From positions 3,020,427-3,084,426 of the forward strand of contig NW_026867476.1 in assembly GCF_020745735.1 (NCBI RefSeq): a stretch of DNA of 64,000 nucleotides, in the 5' to 3' direction. The notes under the pieces are model-generated. The model ran no database searches, was not told where the DNA came from, and worked only from the letters and a program-made list of their open reading frames with translations. The position numbers were made by a program, and so were the translations under genes. Below are positions 60,453 to 64,000 of this stretch, piece after piece. Source of the DNA: Hemiscyllium ocellatum (taxonomy: Eukaryota). The first letter of the stretch is position 1, and each line of letters begins with the position of its first letter.

Positions 60453-60812
60453 GGGGCAGCACGGTGGCTCAGTGATTAACACTGCTGCCTCAAAGCACCA
60501 GGGATCAGCCTTGGGCAACTGTTTGTGTGGGGTGTGAATATTCTCCCCATGTCTGTGTCAGTTTCCTCCCACAGTCCAAAGATGTGCAGGTTAGAGTGAA
60601 TTAGGCGTGCTAAAGTACCCATGGTGTTCAAGGATGTGTAGGTTAGGTGGATTGGCCATGCCAAATTATTCAGTGTCCAGAGATGTGCAAGCTATGGGGA
60701 TTAGCCATGGGAAATGCAGAGTTGGGTGGATCTGGGTGGGATGTTCTTTGGAGGGTCAATGTTGACTTGGTGGACCGAATGGCCTGCTTCCCCATTGTAG
60801 GGATTCTATGAT
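60453..60812 (+). mobile_element. HE1/V-SINE (decayed)
   Basis: gcagcacggtggctcagtg head, V-domain. Confidence 0.75.
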
Positions 60813-60844
60813 TCTTACCTCTGTCTTGAAATCGAGGTATAAAG

Positions 60845-61410
60845 GTCTACAGCATGGAAACTATTCCTTTGGCCCAACTTGCCCAAGATGCCCAGTTTTC
60901 ACAATTAATTTTGTTCCATTCCCTGCATTTAGCCCTTATCCCTCCATACCCCTCCCATCCATTTAGCTGTCTAAATGTTTCTTCAATGACAAAATTGTAC
61001 TCGCTTCCACCACCACCTCTGGCAGCCCGTTCCAGACACACTCCAATCTCGGTGTGTAAACATTTGCTCCTCTGGACCCATTTATATCTCTCCTCCACTC
61101 ACCTTAAACCTAAATCCTCTAATTTTAGACCCACACGGGAATCCAGCCTCTGATTATAACTCAACCTTCCAGCCCAAGTAGTAAATCTTTTCTGCATCCT
61201 TTCTAATTAGCAATATCCTTTCTACAGTAGGGTGACTAGAACTGCACACCGTACTCCTTGCCAACATCTTGTACAGCTGCAACGAGACATCCCAAACCCT
61301 ATACTCGATATTCTGACTGATGAAAGCAAGCATGCTGAAAGCCTTCTTCACCTCCCTGTCCCCATGACTCCACTTTTGAGGACCTATGAACCTGCACCCC
61401 TAGATCTCTT
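60845..61410 (-). mobile_element. CR1 3' portion (decayed)
   Basis: KKAFSMLAFISQNIEY..LQLYKMLAR. Confidence 0.7.
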
Positions 61411-61859
61411 GGTTTGAGACACTGCATGTGAAATAGATTCAGTGCTATAATAAAGGCAGGAAAGAGTAACAAAAATATGCTATTACAGAGCCATAAATTA
61501 TATATCGAGATAAGGTACCGAAATAGACTCGAGATAAGCACCAACTAATAACGTTTACCAATAAGCACCGAATCTGTTTCGTATGCAATATTTCAAACCA
61601 AGAGATCTAGGGGTGCAGGTTCATAGCTCCTAGAAAGTGGAGTCACAGGTAGACAGGGAAGGCTTTAGGCCCACTTGCTTTCATCAGTCAGAGCATTGAG
61701 CATAGGAGTTGGGATGCCTTGTTGCAGCTTTCACACATATCACACAACAACACAACACATGACCCTGCCTTCCTGACTGACCGTCTCTTTGAACATCAGG
61801 GGGAAGACACCCCTTTAATTGTGATGATCAGGAAAGATGGCATCCTTCAAAAAAAAGCG

Positions 61860-62120
61860 TTGTCCAACGTTTGTCGGTAGAGGAAGGAAGTTGCACTTTG
61901 GGGTGAAGCTCAATCTTCGTTCAGAGAGAGAGGAGCAGCAGCAGCTTCAGAAGCTCATGGTCCACCTTCTGCATTTAGACAATGGGGAGGGGGGGGGCTC
62001 TGATTGGCAGGAGGATCAGGCACCTTCCGTTCCTCCTGGGCTCTCCATTTGGTCAATCCCCAGACATGGCGCCTCCTTGACCAGGAGGCTCGCATGTCAG
62101 CTGTCCAATGGGAGACAGCC
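61860..62120 (-). promoter_or_regulatory. ZNF promoter/exon-1 cassette copy 5 (splice donor lost)
   Basis: Reverse strand CCTGCCAATCAGAGCC...GGACCATGAGCTTCTGAAGCTGCTGCTGCTCCTCTCTC..GAAGATTGAGCTTCACCCC; GTGAGT donor absent. Confidence 0.7.
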
Positions 62121-62634
62121 GGCCTGGAAATATGGGTATTGTACCTGAAACAACCCCACAGGGGGCACGTTACCAAGTTACCCTTTATTTACATGTGCAG
62201 GAACCTTGACACTGGTTCGGTTTGCTCCGAGTGAAAAGAACCCCTGACACGCCTGTTTCTGTCAGCCTGGGCTCCCCGACTGGACCAGGTTAACAGCCCC
62301 AATCAAGGAACTCATATTCTGTGCGATCCAGCTGACTGACCTCATTATAGTCACCACAGTACCTCGTACTACTGTTCACTGAACACTGCTGCTACTTTAC
62401 TTTTCAGTTTAATGATCCAACTCTCTTTTGAATGCCATAATTGAATCTAATTCCAACACACTCTCTCACAGACCATTCCAGAGGTCAAAGTATTTTTAAT
62501 CATTAATGAATTACGTTTTGGATCGCTCTCCAAAAGATTTCCTATGGACTATTGCTTCCAATCATTTGCAGTAATTTCTTCACATGGACAAATTTACAAC
62601 TTAGTGGATTTATTAAAATTTTTATTCATATTGG

Positions 62635-62935
62635 GGTAGCACGGTGCTTAGCACTGCTACCTCACAGCGCCAGGGACCCAGGTTCAATTCCAGCCTCAGG
62701 CGACCATCTGTGTGGAGTATGCATGTTCTCCCTGTCTACATGTGTTTCCTCCCACAGTCCACAGATGTGCAGGTTGGGTGGACTGACCAGGCTAAATTGC
62801 TCAGTGATGTGTAGGCTAGCTGGATTAGCCATGGTAAATGCAGGGGGATGGGGTGATCCTGAGTGGGATGCTCTTTGATGGGTCAGTGCAGACTCAATGC
62901 GACAAATAGCCTCTTTCTGCACTTTAGGAATTTTA
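62635..62935 (+). mobile_element. HE1/V-SINE (decayed)
   Basis: gcacggtg..tagcactgct..ggttcaattcc head, V-domain. Confidence 0.75.
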
Positions 62936-63244
62936 TGCATCTCTGTCTGATGTCTTGCACATGTTCCTTTCAGAAAGGGATATTTTGCTGTCATGTTCAG
63001 TTCTGCAGTGTCTATATTTTCACACGTACCTCTAAATTACATTTGCATGAAATTCTCCCCATTCCATAGTATTTTATCTCGTATTCCCCCTTCCATGCCT
63101 TATCAATTTTTCCATTACCTTGACTTATGATCCTCTTCTCTTTATATATTATTGTAGACTGACTAAATCTAGTTACCATGTCTACAAAGTGTAAGACGAA
63201 AATGCTTTTTTTTCCTGATTCCATACTTTGGTGAGTCCATTACT

Positions 63245-63545
63245 AAAGCTTGTTAAGGGGTAGTGGGAGGGGGAGAGTGGAAATGAGGAAACTGGTGAAA
63301 TCTATATTGATCCAATGTGATGGCGGGTCCCATAACAGAAGATGAAGTGTATTTCCTTCAGGTGTCAGGTAGCTTGAGTTTGGTGATGGAGGCAGCGCAG
63401 GACTCATGTCCTTGTCTGAGTGGGAAGGGTAGTTAAAGTGTTCAGCCACCGGGCAGTGGGGTCATTTAGTTCAGATGTCCCAGAGGTGTTCCGCAAGTTG
63501 GCGTCCAGTCTCCCCAATGCAGAGAAGACCACATGAAGAGCAACT
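63245..63545 (-). mobile_element. PLE GIY-YIG C-terminal fragment
   Basis: CIGETGRQLAE..PVAEHFNYPSHSDKDM..INIDFTSFLIS; same family as the tail in 427-1712. Confidence 0.75.
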
Positions 63546-64000
63546 GACACGTAAATAAATCTTTTAAATAAATTAGATAAATCTTAGCCTGCCAGAGTTA
63601 TTTTCTAAAAGATTTTAATTAAATTGGGTGATGGGATGAAACAGTTTGTTGGTCAGACATGAATCAGCACCCTGAAATGAGACAAAGCCATGAATATCAG
63701 CGAACTGCTTTTTTTTTGTTAAAGGCACAGGCTCTTGATTTATTTTCACAACTTAATGTTATTCGCACCTGCGCATTCAATGTCAAACTCTTGACTTCGT
63801 CAGAAATGAAGTTTCACCTTAAATTTTGTCTTACACTAGTTTGACAAACAAGCTAATAGCACACCAAGTCTGATTAATATGAAATTGAATTTGACTTAAG
63901 AAAAAGTTTAAAATCAAGATGGGAGATAACAAATGGGGGAAGGGCAGAAGGCAAGAAATACAGCATCATAAAAGGTGCTCCTCTACCTGATGAAAGAGCG

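Overview
Repeat-dense vertebrate DNA, very probably from a shark (HE1/V-SINEs, shark-type CR1 LINEs, [10 protein letters not shown]-type zinc-finger genes); the species assignment is inference. The backbone is a cluster of two-exon C2H2 zinc-finger genes with no recognisable effector domain: two long intact ORFs with 13 and 14 fingers, one 4-finger ORF, and further remnants. Five copies of a shared promoter/non-coding exon-1 cassette each carry a 3-4 codon uORF. Inserted into the cluster are: (i) a very young 7.9-kb class I (epsilon-like) endogenous retrovirus at 7545-15429 (- strand), with near-identical LTRs, a GGAC TSD, a tRNA-Pro PBS, a mosaic and deleted interior and an internal copy of its PPT; its empty site survives in a paralogous block at ~45.6 kb; (ii) a near-full-length CR1 (55430-59385) whose ORF1/ORF2 junction has an in-phase T-TTA-AAC slippery heptamer followed by a hairpin, suggesting -1 ribosomal frameshifting; (iii) a decayed L1; (iv) many Penelope-like element (PLE) pieces from at least three families, whose terminal repeats carry minimal type I hammerhead ribozyme motifs (about 10 in the window), including a tandem-plus-inverted three-hammerhead insertion at 427-1712; (v) Rex1/Babar fragments, a solo LTR, HE1 SINEs and a tRNA-iMet pseudogene. 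All calls were made by eye; boundaries of decayed repeats are approximate.
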